A stretch of DNA of 27,649 bases, from positions 1 through 27,649 of IMG/VR virus record IMGVR_UViG_3300008255_003926; one strand, written 5' to 3'. The position numbers and the translations under genes are program-made. The notes beneath the pieces are model-generated. The model was not told where the DNA came from and made no database searches. It saw nothing but the letters and a program-made list of their open reading frames with translations. Positions 25,378 to 27,649 of this stretch are shown in pieces (the first letter of the stretch is position 1; each line of letters begins with the position of its first letter). Source of the DNA: a virus. Its lineage: Duplodnaviria > Caudoviricetes.

Positions 25378-26090
25378 CTTCTGACGAAACTCATTTAACA
25401 TCGGAATTGCCCGAATGGATGACGGGCTACGATAGAGAGGAAGATCTTGTTGGGAAGAACATGAGTACCGGAGTTCTCCTTGGAGGATCCGGGGTTACCA
25501 ATTATGAATTTCCCGAGAACGATCGACCGACAAAGTTATTGACCGGCCCCGTTCCCGGTAGTTGGATCGTGTTTAAAGAAGCTCTCTTCAAGCTGATGAC
25601 GCACCACATCAGCGCTGTGGCTATTATGTCAAGTAACCTCTACATGATTCAGCAGGGGATCGAGACTTTGCCTGCCATAACTTACTCTATAGTACGTGCT
25701 CGTCCGATCGGGTCCGATAGAAAGAGGATTCGTAGAATAGAACCGGCGTCGCCTAATGTCCCCGGAGCCCAATTGCGGACCTGGGGAAGGGATGTTCATT
25801 ATCTTGTTCAATTTAACTGTTGGGCGGAAAATGAAGCCGATGCCGACTGGACCGTTTTTAAACTGCATGACTTTTTCGAGCGCAACTTGGACTCGATCCA
25901 GGATATGGCAGTTTCTTGCACATGGATGGAAGATCTCACCGATATCGAGATCGTCAGATTAGGCCTACCTTATTCAGTACGTTCGGCTCAGTACGCATTT
26001 GAAATGCCTCATCTTGATGCCGAATACATTAGTGAGATAGGCTCTATTCATGTTGTTTTACCTAAGAATTCTTTAACTGAAGGTGACTAA
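25374..26090 (+). CDS. Putative tail terminator / tail completion protein (238 aa)
   Basis: LPAITYSIV...VHYLVQFNCWAENEADAD....KLHDFF pattern. Immediately upstream of the sheath gene. ATGA coupling. Confidence 0.68.
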   Translation: MTSDETHLTSELPEWMTGYDREEDLVGKNMSTGVLLGGSGVTNYEFPENDRPTKLLTGPVPGSWIVFKEALFKLMTHHISAVAIMSSNLYMIQQGIETLPAITYSIVRARPIGSDRKRIRRIEPASPNVPGAQLRTWGRDVHYLVQFNCWAENEADADWTVFKLHDFFERNLDSIQDMAVSCTWMEDLTDIEIVRLGLPYSVRSAQYAFEMPHLDAEYISEIGSIHVVLPKNSLTEGD

Positions 26091-26092
26091 TA

Positions 26093-27649
26093 ATGGCAGG
26101 AGAAGGAAGTAGATATTATCCATACTTGCCGGGTGTCAGGGCTCACCTGATCGATGGCAACTACTACTCCAATACTGTTACGCGTGCCGACCCAATAGCC
26201 ATGATCGGAACCGCTCAAGACGGGCCCTTGTACTGGCCCAATTATCTTCATAGAGCGGATTCCGGTTCACTGACTTATGGGAATGTTACCAAGGGAGATT
26301 ATAATGTTCTTAAGGGCTTAGCGCAGTTGTCGGCATCCGGAGCGGATAATGTTGTAGCTGCTCGTATTACGGGAAGATATTCGGAAACCATTCTTCTCGA
26401 ATCAACCAGCGCTACCGTTATGGATCTGGATGTTGATGACGACGAAGCCGTTGGACATGATTATAAGCTTGATGCACTGTTTGTTCCTGAAACCAATACT
26501 CAGACGGTTTTTGTCCTTACATCTCAAGATACCCAGGTTGAATGGCTGGCTACTGTTGAGATCGATCCGTCTTCTACGGCTGTGATCGACAATGGTACCG
26601 AAACGATTCCCGCGTCTCAATGGGTGGAGGGTCAGGAGTATTGGATAAATTATCACAGTGGATATATTGAGTTTGCATATCCGCCGATTGATGACGGACT
26701 TGATACTACATCCGACAACGGAAGTATTATCTTGAATGGTTCTTATTGGCCCTATTCGATTCGCCTGAAGTCTCTGTATCCCGGCTCCAAATACAATACG
26801 TATTATAACGGAATACAGAGTACGGCGACAATGCTTGTTACGACCAGCATTGCGGATGGAGCGGGAACCGTTACGATCACCAGGCCAGATAGTATGGGCT
26901 TGGGGAGTTTGTCGATCACTGTTACGGCAGATGACACAAACTTCGATGTGGCCGATGCGATAAACAGTCTTAAGACGAATACATTCGTCAAAGCTTATGT
27001 AAATGTTGTAGGTCAGCGCCGGAAGATTCACTCTTTAGTTTCAAATACGACTGCACCATATACCAATGATTCGGTCGTTGAAACTTCGCCGACGTATAGC
27101 GGCACCTCCCCTTATACTGCGAGGTTCTTCTCTACTACATTCGATGCTGCTGTTCCGACGATAACAACCGGCTCGGAAAGAATATGGAACCAGGCAAAAA
27201 CTTATCGTCGCTTCCATTACGGAGACGATGAGGAGTTCCATTTAGCGAATATTCCCGGTGTTACCGGCCTTCCGGCTCCGGTTAGCAACGGAGATGCGGT
27301 AATCTCCGCAGAAGGTGGAGATATTAGTAGAGACTGGGGTGGAACTACTCCCGATTACGTAACATTGCCGTACTACTACGCGTATCATATCGAAGACAAT
27401 TTCGTTCAGGATATTTATAACAGTTTGCTCTATAATGGTACGGCTTATATAGAATGCCGACCGAACTCATCGGGTAATTGTTATGATACTAGCGGAAATC
27501 CTACGAACGTTTACTATAGAGGCCTTAAAACCGACTATGGAGCGTTTGACTATATTGAGAGAGCCTCTGTTGCGTGGCTTGTTCCAAAAAACATGTGGAT
27601 CGACAATAAGGTTTTCAATTATAGCTCTACGAGCCCGTACTACCAGGAA
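26093..27649 (+). CDS. Tail sheath protein, 5' part (runs off the window edge; absent from the ORF track)
   Basis: RBS AAGGTG and ATG at 26093. Translation MAGEGSRYYPYLPGVRAHLIDG...AMIGTAQDGPLYWP...GADNVVAARITG...LKSLYPGSKYN...DVADAINS matches contractile sheath N-terminal motifs. Confidence 0.85.
   Translation, partial: MAGEGSRYYPYLPGVRAHLIDGNYYSNTVTRADPIAMIGTAQDGPLYWPNYLHRADSGSLTYGNVTKGDYNVLKGLAQLSASGADNVVAARITGRYSETILLESTSATVMDLDVDDDEAVGHDYKLDALFVPETNTQTVFVLTSQDTQVEWLATVEIDPSSTAVIDNGTETIPASQWVEGQEYWINYHSGYIEFAYPPIDDGLDTTSDNGSIILNGSYWPYSIRLKSLYPGSKYNTYYNGIQSTATMLVTTSIADGAGTVTITRPDSMGLGSLSITVTADDTNFDVADAINSLKTNTFVKAYVNVVGQRRKIHSLVSNTTAPYTNDSVVETSPTYSGTSPYTARFFSTTFDAAVPTITTGSERIWNQAKTYRRFHYGDDEEFHLANIPGVTGLPAPVSNGDAVISAEGGDISRDWGGTTPDYVTLPYYYAYHIEDNFVQDIYNSLLYNGTAYIECRPNSSGNCYDTSGNPTNVYYRGLKTDYGAFDYIERASVAWLVPKNMWIDNKVFNYSSTSPYYQE

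Larger units (their letters stand above)
3437..27649 (+). mobile_element. Virion morphogenesis module of a large contractile-tailed phage or prophage (left boundary undetermined, continues to the right)
   Basis: Co-oriented, tightly coupled terminase-portal-protease-capsid-neck-terminator-sheath gene order. Confidence 0.93.

Noticed and set aside
23962-27649. Tailocin or extracellular contractile injection system
   Set aside because: Terminase, portal, protease and capsid genes are in the same operon, so this is a head-bearing phage.

Overview
This window is the packaging, head, neck and tail-start module of a large contractile-tailed (myovirus-type) tailed phage or prophage, read in the standard genetic code with all credible genes on the + strand. 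Gene order: HNH nuclease, putative small terminase, three membrane-type orphan proteins, large terminase, three orphans, portal, prohead protease/scaffold, capsid-associated protein, HK97-type major capsid protein, two large multidomain Ig/FN3 neck proteins, head-closure protein, a sheath-like paralogue, tail terminator, and a tail sheath that runs off the right edge. The most unusual part is the left end. A 32-bp tandem repeat, a structured non-coding segment and an intrinsic terminator precede a three-gene cassette: large type IV prepilin-like protein, trypsin-like serine protease lipoprotein, and a second paralogous prepilin-like protein. This cassette ends 3 bp before the packaging operon begins. 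No integrase or att site is visible, so the window alone cannot show whether the pilin cassette is phage cargo or host flank. All calls come from reading motifs and gene order by eye; no database searches were run.
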